Notes under the pieces: model-generated
What the model saw: only the letters and a program-made list of their open reading frames with translations
Told to the model about the DNA's origin: nothing
Database searches by the model: none
Origin: Phoronis australis
Taxonomy: Eukaryota > Animalia > Phoronida
Assembly: GCA_002633005.1 (NCBI GenBank)
Contig: NMRA01000256.1
Coordinates: forward strand, 468,120-532,119
DNA: 64,000 bases
Direction of reading: 5' to 3'
Shown here: piece by piece, positions 1 through 11,760 of the stretch
Layout of the letters: each line of letters opens with the position of its first letter
Numbering within the stretch: position 1 is the stretch's first letter
Translations under genes and position numbers: made by a program

Positions 1-719
1 GAGGCAGCCGTCTAATAAATATTAGCTGTCTCCTTAAGCGACGACAGAAGGCAGGATCGCCAGAACTCGCGAAACTGTCAGGGGGCTTAGCTCCCACCAA
101 GTACTCGACATCATCAAGTACCTCACTCGTCCATGGTTTCATCGTTAACTCGCCGTATTACAAAACTACAATTAAAAGGGTTCCACACAAAACCATCAGC
201 CCAAATTTGTTCCAAAGGTGGCGTAGCGTACAAGTTTGGTCAAATATGATTACGTACTAGGTTTATTATTACTTCGACAGGACTGACTTAATTCATAAAC
301 CCAAGTTCAGAACAAGTGTCGAACTTTTGTTTTAGACATCTTACCACTTATCGCTATCAAATTGATGTCAACTAGTTCCTTTCTCAGGTAAGAGGTGATT
401 ACTGGGTTTACAAATAATTCGCAATTGTTTCTTGAAACCATACACATTCGCCACATAAAATGACACCGTCGCATCTCGTTAAGCCTTGTGTCCGTCAATA
501 ACGACTTAGAACTGTCAGATTTTTCAAAGCCCTGAAATTACCTACACTTTGACTAATAAACAATTTGAGACCAATTTCGTAAGCCGATTAAGTGGACTAA
601 ATTCCTTTTTCGTGACGCAAAGCGGGTTTATTGACGCTACAATAAATGTGTAAATTCAGTTCTTAGGTTTTGTATCGTCAAGATAAGTTTGCAAATGAAT
701 ATTACATGCATTTTATATT

Positions 720-743
720 CACACACACACGCACACGCACACA
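720..743. repeat. short (CA)n-type microsatellite
   Basis: cacacacacacgcacacgcacaca. Confidence 0.8.
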
Positions 744-1206
744 TATGTATACATGTATATACTTTGTCGTCTTGTTAGAAACGTTGACTTGTAAGAGGTT
801 AATTTGATAACAAAACATGTTATGACAGACGTTTTCACAGTACCCCTGCAACTGAAACTGCAATGACGGCAGAGGCTATGAAAAAACTTTGCCTTTCCTT
901 TGATAGTATAAAATAACCGATAGGAAATAAATGAAATATTTCCTACACATATTAATTTCGAGTGCCGTCTAAAGGTTGGGAAGGTACACAAGCAAGAGAT
1001 AAGAATCGACAACGGGGATACACGCGCGATAGGAAGCTAGCGGACACAATATTTTTCCAATGATGTTTCATTTTGTCATGTTGATGGTTTTGGGACAAAA
1101 ATTGATAAAAACTGTTGATATGTAGTCTTTTCCTTGTGTATTTTTGTGCTTAAATAATTTTTAAAAGCTCTTAGAACAACACGAAAAGCACATAGAGACA
1201 AACCGT

Positions 1207-1212
1207 TTTATT
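1207..1212 (-). promoter_or_regulatory. candidate polyadenylation signal of the GPCR transcript
   Basis: Minus strand reads TTGTACATGTAC...CCAATAAAACGG followed by GU/U-rich TGTCTCTATGTGCTTTTCGTGTTGTT, i.e. UGUA elements, AAUAAA and a downstream GU-rich element. Other AATAAA sites exist, so the assignment is tentative. Confidence 0.35.
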
Positions 1213-3375
1213 GGATGTGCAAGTACATGTACAAAGCAAACGTGCAATTGCCGACCACAAACATATAAGTATATATCTTAGATAACAGAACAAAGATTTT
1301 CTAGTTAAAAAGGCATCTCTCTGACAATTCTTCTAAATAAATTAAAATTAGGACTGCTGCTTTATAAACTGCTGCGCTAACAATCAAGGTGAGGAGCGTT
1401 CCGGACGCATTCCGCAGACGCAAGACATTTGCCAGTAAAGCTAGCGTGATCACCTGCTCCCCTTGCAAAGCATGACGTTATTATCTAGCGAAGACTTGCG
1501 CGACCTGGCTTTTCTCGCCAGAAACTTGCTCTACGGAGCGCAGCTCGTTATCAACTGCACAAAATTACAACTTTTTGTGCCAGAACCTTTGGACGTATTT
1601 GTACCCTTAAAGAGTTCTTCACTTACTCTATTTAGACTACGCGCTCGGCCATTTCCGAAATAATGTGTTTTTTTCAAAGAAAATTTATTACTCAAGCGTT
1701 TTACATAAAGGCGTATGCGCCCAAGCTTTTTTTTTGGCACAGGCGGCTATGGTCAATTGTTGATACCTTTCATTAAACACACTGAAGTTAGTGTTTAATT
1801 GAAAACATCAATGTCCACCATTATGTAACAGATGGGTTGTCAAGTTTCGGTAACGAAATATACTAGAAATTTTAACTTCCGCAACTTATTCACGTGTTTC
1901 ACAAATATAGGAGAGCGCTTAGTTCCCAATACACGTCATCCCAGGTACACGCACACACACAGGCTCACGCACACATATGGTTCCTGAATAATACCGACTT
2001 TGTACACTTCTTTATCCACAGTTCTGCACTTGAATTCCTTACTGTTAGCGTCAGGTACAACAAAGCCACCAAACAGTTAAGTTCAGTCATTGGTCTTCCA
2101 GCGAATGCGAAGGCAGGTACACAAAATGCAACGCGGAAGAATAACTTAGATCATGATCACAAAAGTCCCCTTAAGTTGCTTTGGTGCTTGTACATGTACG
2201 TAATGTGCAGCTGCCTCTACAGGGCATCACTTTGATTTTCAGTTATTCGCATGCATCCAGTTTCTAATCGTATCCGGTTAAAGTACAAAAAAAAATCTTA
2301 TTATCATCCGCTCAGAATAACTCTACCACAAGGTATCATTTACACCAAAACGTCAATGCTTTCCAGACGTTATGTAGTCACGGTTCTTGAAATGCTCTTT
2401 TGTTGGAATAAAATTTTATACAGGTGAGCCCGGACCGAAGAGTAAAATGAATTACTGTGATACACTGAAGCTTATTTGGGTAAAGCGTTCTTTGGTTAGG
2501 CTTCGCTTGATCTAACGCTCTGTTAAGCCCTTACAGCCACTCATCAAATGTTTTTAAGATTTCAAGGCGGTGTAAATTTCGCATTGGCCGATATAACTTC
2601 AAATGTCCCAATCTCATGACCGTAACGACCAAAAAGACAAAGGTGCTCCACACATATCACACACTATACACGTGGTATTAATAGTAACGGTATTACGTCT
2701 CTCGTGAGACATCGTCAGAGAGATCTGTGAAGTCGGTGCAAATAATAGCTGCCAGTTAACGGTGTTTGTAATGAAACGTGTATTATAGAACCACAGACTT
2801 CTATCAAGCATTTTCCAGCCACCTACAGTGGTTAGCGCACACCGTAATAAGTTAGATCCACACGAGAAAACCGCACTTCTTGTCTTAGAGTAAGCTCCAC
2901 AAGAATATCTTCAAACTAAGGTAATGCCTTTTTTGCCCTGAACAATCTCCTACACCTTGCGATCATTGAAGATCCAAGTCATGCGTCTAAGGCTCGCTCG
3001 TACAAGTTGTTCGCGTGACACTCATCGCACTGGACATCACGATTCATGCTACAACATTTGAGCAAAGTTCTCAACGTTTCTAGACGCACGGTACCCTGGT
3101 CAAACCACTGGATGACCAACAGAACATCTTGTATAAAGAATTCAAAGGAATTTTGATTACAGCATGCGTGACAACTCTCTCCCTGGTCTACCCTTACTTT
3201 GTTCAAGTTCGATCTTGTTAAAGTCATAATCTATTTCCTGTTTCAGTGTTTTTGTACTTTACTATTTGCAAATTCTCATTTTTTGTTAATTCCGTATGCT
3301 GTGAACGCCTGGTATGAACTTTGCGTTCAACGTATTGCTCTAGAGCAACTGCCGTTGTGTTTGACAACTAATACG

Positions 3376-4740
3376 TTATTGCAAGTGGAGAATTTTCTTA
3401 AAGGCAGTCCTGAAATCGCGATTGAAGAATGTGTATAACAGAGGGTTTATCCCCGAGTTAACATAACCGAGCCAGAAGAATACCGTGAATAAAGGCGAGC
3501 TTTGAAAATCAAAACCTCCAATAGAGTCGATGACATAGGATAGCGAGAACGGCAACCAACACAGGGCGAAACTGAACACAATCAAACCAACTGTTACAGT
3601 AGCCCGCCTCTCGCGCGCTTTGGCTATTCTACGTTTCATCTTTTGAGAATCGTCCATAGATGCAAGGGCAGTTGACGTGCGTTGCATACTGCGTTGCCTT
3701 TTCAAAATACAACACACTAGAGGACACCGTCTTTCCTTCAATATAACAGCAGATGATTGCTGTAATTTGACGTCGTTATTATTTTGCGCAGACGTAAATG
3801 GTTGAGATTCAAACACAATTTTGTTGTCGTTTTCAGCAGATTCCAAAGTTTCCTTTACAACATGAGTTACTTCAGTATTCGCTTCCCTTACCAATGTTTT
3901 GTGTATTCCATTTTCATTTCCATTCTCCTCACTGCCTTTTTTACAATTTTTGCTATCGTGATTTTCAGACGATGTACTCGATGTTTCTTTCATCATCACT
4001 TGCGTCACCTGCTCAGAGCCGCTTAAAATTCGATCGCGTTTTGTTGACGGTATATTGCGCCTGGCACGAGACCGAGCTACATACAAAACCTTCGCATAAA
4101 CTGCGCAGGTAATAATCAACGGCGCGAAGAAACTTCCCGAAATGGAGTACAAAATGTACCCAAGTTGTTGGCTTAAATGACACTGCGGGTATTTTTCTTG
4201 AGGTTGAGCACTCTTCCATCCAAACACGGGTGGCAGACATATCACAGCGCTTAAACCCCAACTAAGGGCGATCATGATTGCCATTCGCTTTGGAGTTCGC
4301 TTCTGCGGATATGTTAGGGGTCGTGTCACGCACCAGTATCTGTCCAACGATATCACACATAAGTTTAGTACGCTTGCGGTACACAGCATCACGTCAATAA
4401 TGAGCCACATATCACAGAGGATGACTCCAAACGACCAATATCCCATCAATTCGTAAGTGAGAGACAACGGCATGATTAGACACCCAACGCAAAGGTCGGC
4501 CACACTCAATGACGCTATCAGCCAGTTCTGGCGCGCTTTGAGATTTTTATCCCTCACGATGGCAATAATGACCAGAATATTCCCCAAAACTATTTCTAAC
4601 ATTATTATGACGACAACAATACATGTTATGACGATATGCAATGTCGAGTACTTCGATGTCGGACCAGTTTCCGTTAGGTTCATTGCTGCATTTGTCCAGT
4701 TTTCAACAGGAAAGTCTCGAACAAAGTTTTGTGACTTCAT
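3376..4740 (-). CDS. aminergic class-A GPCR, alpha-2 adrenergic receptor-like (alpha2-type octopamine/tyramine-related), 454 aa, single coding exon
   Basis: Seven hydrophobic segments with GN (TM1), LSVAD (TM2), D3.32 in IDVMLCTAS, DRYW, ICL2 KRTPKR, TM5 YSISGSFFAP (S5.42/S5.46), long ICL3 ending RERR, CWLPF, FFWLGYVNSGINPLLY and helix 8 FNRDFRTAFKKIL; N-terminal sequons NWT and NLT. Confidence 0.95.
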   Translation of the reverse strand: MKSQNFVRDFPVENWTNAAMNLTETGPTSKYSTLHIVITCIVVVIIMLEIVLGNILVIIAIVRDKNLKARQNWLIASLSVADLCVGCLIMPLSLTYELMGYWSFGVILCDMWLIIDVMLCTASVLNLCVISLDRYWCVTRPLTYPQKRTPKRMAIMIALSWGLSAVICLPPVFGWKSAQPQEKYPQCHLSQQLGYILYSISGSFFAPLIITCAVYAKVLYVARSRARRNIPSTKRDRILSGSEQVTQVMMKETSSTSSENHDSKNCKKGSEENGNENGIHKTLVREANTEVTHVVKETLESAENDNKIVFESQPFTSAQNNNDVKLQQSSAVILKERRCPLVCCILKRQRSMQRTSTALASMDDSQKMKRRIAKARERRATVTVGLIVFSFALCWLPFSLSYVIDSIGGFDFQSSPLFTVFFWLGYVNSGINPLLYTFFNRDFRTAFKKILHLQ

Positions 4741-4788
4741 GCCGATGGTATAAAATTCAAAACTCCAGGAATAGCGAAATCTTCACTC

Positions 4789-4803
4789 CTGCAAAAGAAA
4801 AAT
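4789..4803 (-). promoter_or_regulatory. splice acceptor of a 5'UTR intron, 48 nt upstream of the GPCR ATG
   Basis: Minus strand: ...gatttttcttttgcAG|gagtgaag... (polypyrimidine tract plus CAG). Confidence 0.65.
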
Positions 4804-4949
4804 CCTGGTTCATTAACGCGAGGTTAAGGAATGGTTAACGGGTCGATGTCCAATTAAACGTCAATCATTCTCGCCATTCAGCCGTAAGTAGCGATTATTT
4901 CAAGAATTCTCCTCTGATGATGCAAGTTGCTATCTTGTACAACTGTTAA

Positions 4950-5130
4950 CAGTGATGCATATAGGATTTCTTGGTGAGGGTGAGTGGGAAGAGGGGTATT
5001 ACCAGTTTTCGAGGGGAAAAATGACCGCGTAAAGGTCAGCAATGGGCTGTCTTTTTATTGTTTGTATTATTGCTCGGTATTGTCCGTAGTCGGAAGGTGG
5101 GAACACAGAACCCCCTTTAATCCGCCTATG
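4950..5130. mobile_element. decayed hAT-like MITE fragment
   Basis: Ends in aatccgcctatg, the reverse complement of the CATAGGCGGATT terminus seen at 44053; G-rich interior; left end unclear. Confidence 0.3.
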
Positions 5131-5881
5131 GCCAGGCGTGCACACACTTGTAAATATGGACCTCATCAAAAAGGGGTCGCGTAGTCGAAGCCCAAACACG
5201 CTGTTGTCAACTTTTTGCATTTTGGAGGTGCATTTTACAACAAATGTTCAACGATAATTACTAATTTATTTTGGTCTGAAGTATTCGGTTATTTTGCTCA
5301 ACTTTGGGACATGTTTGTTATTGAGACAGATGATTTTCAATATCAACCAATTTGGTATAATGCCAACATAACTATAAAAGGTAGTATGGAAAAGGTATTA
5401 CTTATATATACGAAAAGTTTTTGTCTTGTGAATCGTTTTGTAATAGGTACGAAGTTCTCTCCACCGTTTATGTAATACTAATTTTTATGGTTTAACAGGG
5501 AAACCAGAAATGTGAAGTTTACGATAAGGCTTCCAAACATCTCACACGAGTTAAAATGTTTTGCGAACAAAAGCGTGTATTCCCTCTGAATGCCTTTACA
5601 AAAAACAGCCAATGAGCTCAAATGAGAATCGCTGACCAACGTTACTGATTCACCCACTTGCGACACGAGGTTAAAGAGGTCCCAGATAAGGTTCCTTCAT
5701 AGAATTGTGGCAACAAATGAATTTCTTGTCAAGATTGATGTCTAGAAATCATATCTCTGTACATTTTGTAAAAAAGAGCCAGAAAATGTGTCCCATCTCT
5801 ACTGGAATTGTATTGCGACCCATAATTCCTGGCCTGCAATCAGTCATTTGTTATGTGCTAAAACAGTCTTTACTTACCCGC

Positions 5882-5941
<60 letters not shown>

Positions 5942-5948
5942 TTGTGTG
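5882..5948. repeat. (GT)n microsatellite
   Basis: More than 20 GT units followed by (GC)n/(GT)n. Confidence 0.95.
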
Positions 5949-7517
5949 TTCTTTGTCCATTGTACATTGTTTCTGTGTATTCAATAAGAATGGTGTTATG
6001 TAGTCCAAAGGAAAAGTAGAAGACTGCAAATAATGTTACAGTAGGAATGTAGCAAAATTCTAGGTTCTTGCAGAAAGGAATGAGAAATTTAGGTAAACCT
6101 TTGGCGGACAATAGAACTTTACGGAGGGACGGGTTCCGTGGCCAAATATAACGAAGGAGGGCCGGCCCCCTGAGCCTACCCCCGACTGCATCCCTGAATA
6201 AAAATGAGTCAACGAGAGGTGGTGCTGATGAGCCGGCGAAGGCTTCCTTTTTAACATCTCATTAACATCTCATTAACTGAACAGTAGAAAGCAGTAATTC
6301 ATCAGCATGGATGGCCTAACGGTCCCACATGACTTCGAGGATGCGTGTATTTGTGTAGGCAGAACCGTTGTATCACCAGGCACAAAAACATGGTCTCATT
6401 TACCATTCAGACACATGCCGCTTAAGGTCACCCCAGACGGAACACTGTTGTCTGCCTCAACTGAAGGATAACTGAGCTGACAACTCACGTCAAGGGTGAA
6501 AACAATTGACTAAACTAAAGTCTATTTCATTCAGTTGTCGTAGTTATCCATCTAGAAAGACCCTTACGTTCCTTTGTACCACGCCTTGAAACTTTGCTAT
6601 CTTAAAGTTTAAAAAAACTAGCTTTTGTGAGAAATTTGGTAAGCACCCCCTTTTCAATTGAAACATTCAGTTCTGAATATCGGGTAATTTGACCATATGA
6701 AAGGATCGGTGTAATAACTCCAAACTCAATAAGGACTCATCGGGTAAAAACAAGAGGGCCTCGAGTCGAGAGATCTCTGTGAATTACCTGTTAAGGAGAC
6801 GCTGTAAGGTTTTCACTTGGTTTTACCTGGCAGTGCACACGTCACTGGACTTGCCGCCTTTCTTCCAGAAAAACTCTGCGAACAAAATGAAAAGTTGAGA
6901 ATCGTTTTGCATCAAAACCGCTAGACCACAGAGATTTTGTTCTGTCTCGTATTTTTGGTCCTTTTACTTAGTCTACTCAAATAGAAAGCGTGGCTCCGAA
7001 AAAGGGTGTCAAAACTCAAAATTGACAATGTTCAGCCAAAACTACCATTTGCATGCCAATGTTAGACATAAGACAACATTAGATCCTTAAAGCAAATTTC
7101 CAAAATGTTGCCCAATTGTTTTTGCAATTCTAGGTTGCTTGAGGGATAGCTGAATTTACAGCAGAATTCTCAGTTGCCATGTAGAAATGCAGCAATGCTA
7201 TAGGTGTCATCATCTTGAACAAATGTGTATTTTCAGCCAGACTAGTCGACTTTTCTCATTCCAAACATGTTCACGAAAACAAGCAAACCAGACTCACTAA
7301 ACCTACTAGTAATACCTACCTCAAAACTGCTACCCTGCATGGCCTTTACCAAATGTATCTAATTTTTAGGCAGTACACATTGACCGCCGCTACGGTATAA
7401 TTGTACAGCTATCGTTAAATTTCACCTACTGGCATTTAGGAAAACTGTTTTATGTGTTCAGTAGATCACAAGTTTAAAACTGGAACGTTGCTATTCCTAA
7501 ACAACAAAAGTTAAGTA

Positions 7518-8837
7518 TTAGACGACTCAGTTCCTATAACACGTCCAAAGGTTTACGTGTACCTTGAAAATAAGCATAAGTTTTCGAGGGTGTTGTCGTT
7601 GTCTCTGTCCTCTTCTTCAGTGTAGACGACGCTGTATGAAGTTCTGCGCCATCAACTCGGAAAAGCTTGTAACTTCGTTCATCCCGATTCACCGTACTGT
7701 TATTTTTTAGACACAGATGAAATCCATTATCTTCCTATGATTAATCTTATTTTCATTAGCTAGAATGTTGGAGCTGTCCCAGTGATTAGCATGATTATTT
7801 TGGTCTGTAATTGTAGATGTATTAATTACAGTAAGAGTTTTTCTTTCCGATATAAAAACTCGTCCCGTGGTGTCATTCACTTTTTCCTATGTTCTATAAG
7901 CCGATAACCAAAATTCCTGGACGTCTCTGCAATATAAAAGACATCACAGGGAATGTTATAAACAGCAATGCTACAGTCCTCCGTATCACGCTAGTCTTTT
8001 GAGGTGCACTAATAAATTTCGTTACGTGGTATGTGGTTTCATAGCTGTAACCTTCCATGTGCGGTAACATCTTCGGTCCATTGTTTCTCCATATTGGTAA
8101 CACAACATGTTCCCTAGAACCCTATGAAAAGCCCAGCCAGGATAACCAATTCACTAGAGAGCGCAGCTAATGTGGCTATCCTGGCTGAGGTTTTGATAGG
8201 GTTCGCAGGAATATGTCGTATTACCAATAGGGAGAAAGAATATACTAAATGTGTGGTGGTGAAATATTTACCAGAGTCTCTCAAGCGTATTTTTACTAAA
8301 GTCGGTTTCATTACAAGTATGAAACCGCATACTGCAATAATTTACATATTAGTGCACTCCAAGAACAAGCGTTATAAGGACTGTAGCGGTGTAGTTGATA
8401 ACACTCCCTGTTCAAATGCCTCCTACACTGGAATGACGTCAAGGGATTTTGATTATGGGCTTAGGGAACATAGGAAAGAGGTGGGGGAGACCACGGACTG
8501 ACTGATTATAAGATCGGAAAGAAATATCTCACAATTTCTTTAATTAATAAGTCTACAATCACAGTCCACGCTTAAAACAAAACAATCATGCTATAGTCTG
8601 AGACAGCTCGAAATCCCAGCATATAAAGATAGCACAGATCGTAAAAGGATAATGAAATCCATCTGTATCAGAAAAATGAGCGCACGCTGAATCGGGATGA
8701 AAGAGCCGGTTACAAGCTTTCCCGCGATTATGACGAATCACTTCATACGGCGTCACCTAAACTGAAAAAGACGCCGGAAAGAACACCAAGGCCTTTGCAA
8801 TTCTGCTGATTTTTAAGGTAAGAACTGTGTAGTCTAA
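7518..8837. mobile_element. ~1.3-kb imperfect whole-length palindrome (foldback element)
   Basis: Colinear inverted matches from ends to centre: ttagacgactcagttc/gaactgtgtagtctaa; aaagcttgtaac/gttacaagcttt; ttcatcccgattca/tgaatcgggatgaa; ttcctatgttc/gaacataggaa; gctacagtcct/aggactgtagc; gtggtttcata/tatgaaaccgc; cagccaggata/tatcctggctg. Centre near 8160. Confidence 0.85.
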
Positions 8838-9138
8838 CCAAGCAGACATCCAGACGAGACTTGTTGGTGAATGCGAAGGGTTGTTTAAAAACATTACATG
8901 AAACTAATCATCATTGTTAAAAATCCTCTTTAATTATTTGCTCGTTAATTAGGAGTCTCGCTAAGCTTGTACATAATTCCTGCCTAAGCCAAGTCGCTAA
9001 TGCTTCTAATGAACTTCAAAGTTAATACTGAAGGTGATGTTTTAAATGTATCTAAGTAAGAGGTTTTCAGTATCTTCTAATAGCTAAGTGTCCAGTAAAC
9101 ACTGATACGACGAACTAAGTTCCTGTTCATGTTGAGGG

Positions 9139-9276
9139 GGCGGGCGTGTGGACGGGTTGATGGGCGCGTGCGCGTGTGGATGGGTGCGTGCGCGTGTGGA
9201 TGGGTGCGAGCGCGTGGATGGGTGCGTGCGCGTGTGGATGGGTGCGTGCGCGTGTGGATGGGCGCGTGCGCGTGTG
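9139..9276. repeat. 20-bp G-rich minisatellite (~7 copies)
   Basis: Unit gcgtgcgcgtgtggatgggt. Confidence 0.9.
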
Positions 9277-11389
9277 ATGAGAGTGAGAATGGCTTGTATT
9301 TTTTGTCTTTCGTCCTTGTAGTTATGTACTTTATACCAATAAAAATTAAAAAAAGAAAAAGGTCCTGTTCATGCGGACTCGTGAAATATCACAGTGTTGA
9401 CGAAATATTGTTTGGCTTCAGTTAGTGGGGTTTGGCATCCTGGGGGATACCAGCCGGAGCACCACTTAGTTGACTAGGATTACCTACTTTAGATTTGACG
9501 ACACCTACTGTTGCGAATAGGCAGTGACGATCACGCCGCCAGGTACCGCCACACATGCAAAATGTACACATTCACTAATGCCTCGAATAGCAGCAAAGGA
9601 TTGCGCCAATCCATTATGAAAATTCTTGTATTTTAAAACGGCTTTGGGCTATTTTCTAAATAGCAAACATCATTTTACAAAACGTTGGCTGAGTTATGTG
9701 ACAACAGCGCCTGGCGTTATAAAATTCCACGACCACTCGGCTTGGATAGGATGTAAAACAAACATTCTTCGCAAATCTAATTTTCCAAATAAGACAAACG
9801 TATGCATACGTTAACGTATATGGTCACTTTTCCAATGTTTCCTTGTATGTACAAAACAACAAACCAAACCCAGGAAGGTTTATTATAGGAGTCGAATCTT
9901 CAGGATCAATATATATCTATTAGGAACTTCTCTGAACTGTTTCCCCATTCGTGTATTCAATGGTAGGACGTCTTAGGGCTCACCTTTTCCCAATGATGAT
10001 TGAAAGTAACATTCCGGAAAAATGCTCATCACTGACCAGCGTGCCTGTACCACATACGGTGCTTGTTCTCTTTTAAAAGAACTTTGTAACACTGATCTGA
10101 AGATGACTGTAAAAATGATCAACCGAAACATCGCGCAAATATAAGTTGGCAAGAGGTTAGTGTAAATAGACCAATATATTATGGAAATGATTTTAAACTC
10201 TCATTTAAACTTCTGCAGCTAATAGCTCAAAAATGTGGAAAATGCGTCTTAATTACATGTACAGCAGATGTTGCATTTTGCGCAATTGTAACAAAATAGA
10301 TACTAATGTCGTTGCAAATATTAGCGTTCATTTGAATTACATTAAACTGTTGTCATATTAGACAAGATGTTCTTTTGTGGGTGAACGAAACACAACCGTT
10401 CTTAAACACGCCAGGGATTTTGGAAAATTCAAATCGATACAATCATTTTATTGAAGAAGGACGCAATGCCACTAAAAGCAACACTACGTATTATTTTGTT
10501 TAATGAGTTTCTTAAATCCAATACAAGGGAATAGTAACTTAAACTCTCACAATAAACAGAGAATATTCGAGTATATATCATTATAATATCGCATTACCAC
10601 AAACGAATACCTAATTGAGTGCACATTTTCTGTTCCTTACACAATGATAAGTAAAACTCAACTGTCATGAAGCAGCCGACGGGCATTTCTGCCAGAAGTA
10701 CAAATAAAACACACGTTCGAAAAAAAAAACACTGGCAAGGGTCCAAACTTGATGGAAAATACAAATTAAACCTTCCATTTCAAATGAACATGACATTACA
10801 TTCTCTGCCTTCCTATGTAAAAGTGCTTACCTTCTGAGGCAAAACAAAAACGAAAACCTTGCAATTTTGCGCAAGTAACGTCACATAATGATAACGGAAA
10901 TAGATGACATGAAAATACGCCACGGTTGTATGAAGGAGAACATAATAGGTTCATTGGCTCTACTTAATCAGCGTTGTCTGGTACCTGGCAAGAACACTCG
11001 GCTATTTTCATAGCCTCACCTCTGCGTACGTGCAGACTGCGGACTTCAGTCACAAGATGAGTCATGTGACTTTCAAAATGAAGAATAATTAGCTGTGTGA
11101 CTGAAAACGGTATATGCGCGGATTGGCGACCAAATTTGAGGCTACGAACATACTCGAGGTGTTCCAGCCTGGACTTCTTTAAACCCCAGTCAGCTGCAAT
11201 TATTTAGCGCTTAGAGAACCTGACGTAAATGAATAGAAGATCTCCCCCATCACAAGACTTGCAACGACTACCAGGGCCACAGGCAACAGACAAGCAAAAC
11301 TTGCACCTGACGCGACTCGGAAATTAATCATATCGTGTGAAATATATGAGCTCGAAACGCGCCATGATATTGGTAGCATGAGAGGTTAC

Positions 11390-11760
11390 TGAAAGATATG
11401 ACATGTTATTTTCAAAACAAAATTCTGAAGTTGCACGAAACGAAAACGAAATGATATTTTATAAAACTGTTACAGCTTTTTTGAGATCTCATCGTGTACA
11501 GTTACATCAAATAGTAATAAATCATGTTTCTGATACAGTTACTTTGCCATCAATGTACCTTTCTGTTTTGCTCAAGTTTTCAAAAACATGGTCACGTGAC
11601 CCAATTAACGACAGATTGGGGAACAATTCAAAAATCAAATTTTCAAAGTTTTTTTCTTTCAGACAATATATGCTCTAGTTGAGTAATTCACACCATTTTC
11701 AATAAAGTCTCACATAACATTAACAGAATTTCTTTAAAGTTCTGTATACCGTGACAGGCT
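11390..11760 (+). mobile_element. partial arm of the abundant foldback repeat family (see 51481-52824)
   Basis: Shares gaagttgcacgaaacgaaaacgaaatga ... catggtcacgtgaccc ... tttcagacaatata with the copies at ~18700, ~35050, ~52480 and ~61400. Confidence 0.6.

Noticed and set aside
3784-4753. Plus-strand and alternate-frame ORFs overlapping the GPCR
   Set aside because: Shadow ORFs of a real coding sequence with no recognisable motifs.
6224-6243. gctgatgagccggcgaaggc hammerhead-like core
   Set aside because: GAAG instead of GAAA, stem II has no loop and there is no stem III.
8124-8501. 125-aa ORF as a gene
   Set aside because: It lies across the centre and right arm of the 1.3-kb palindrome and shows no domain signal.
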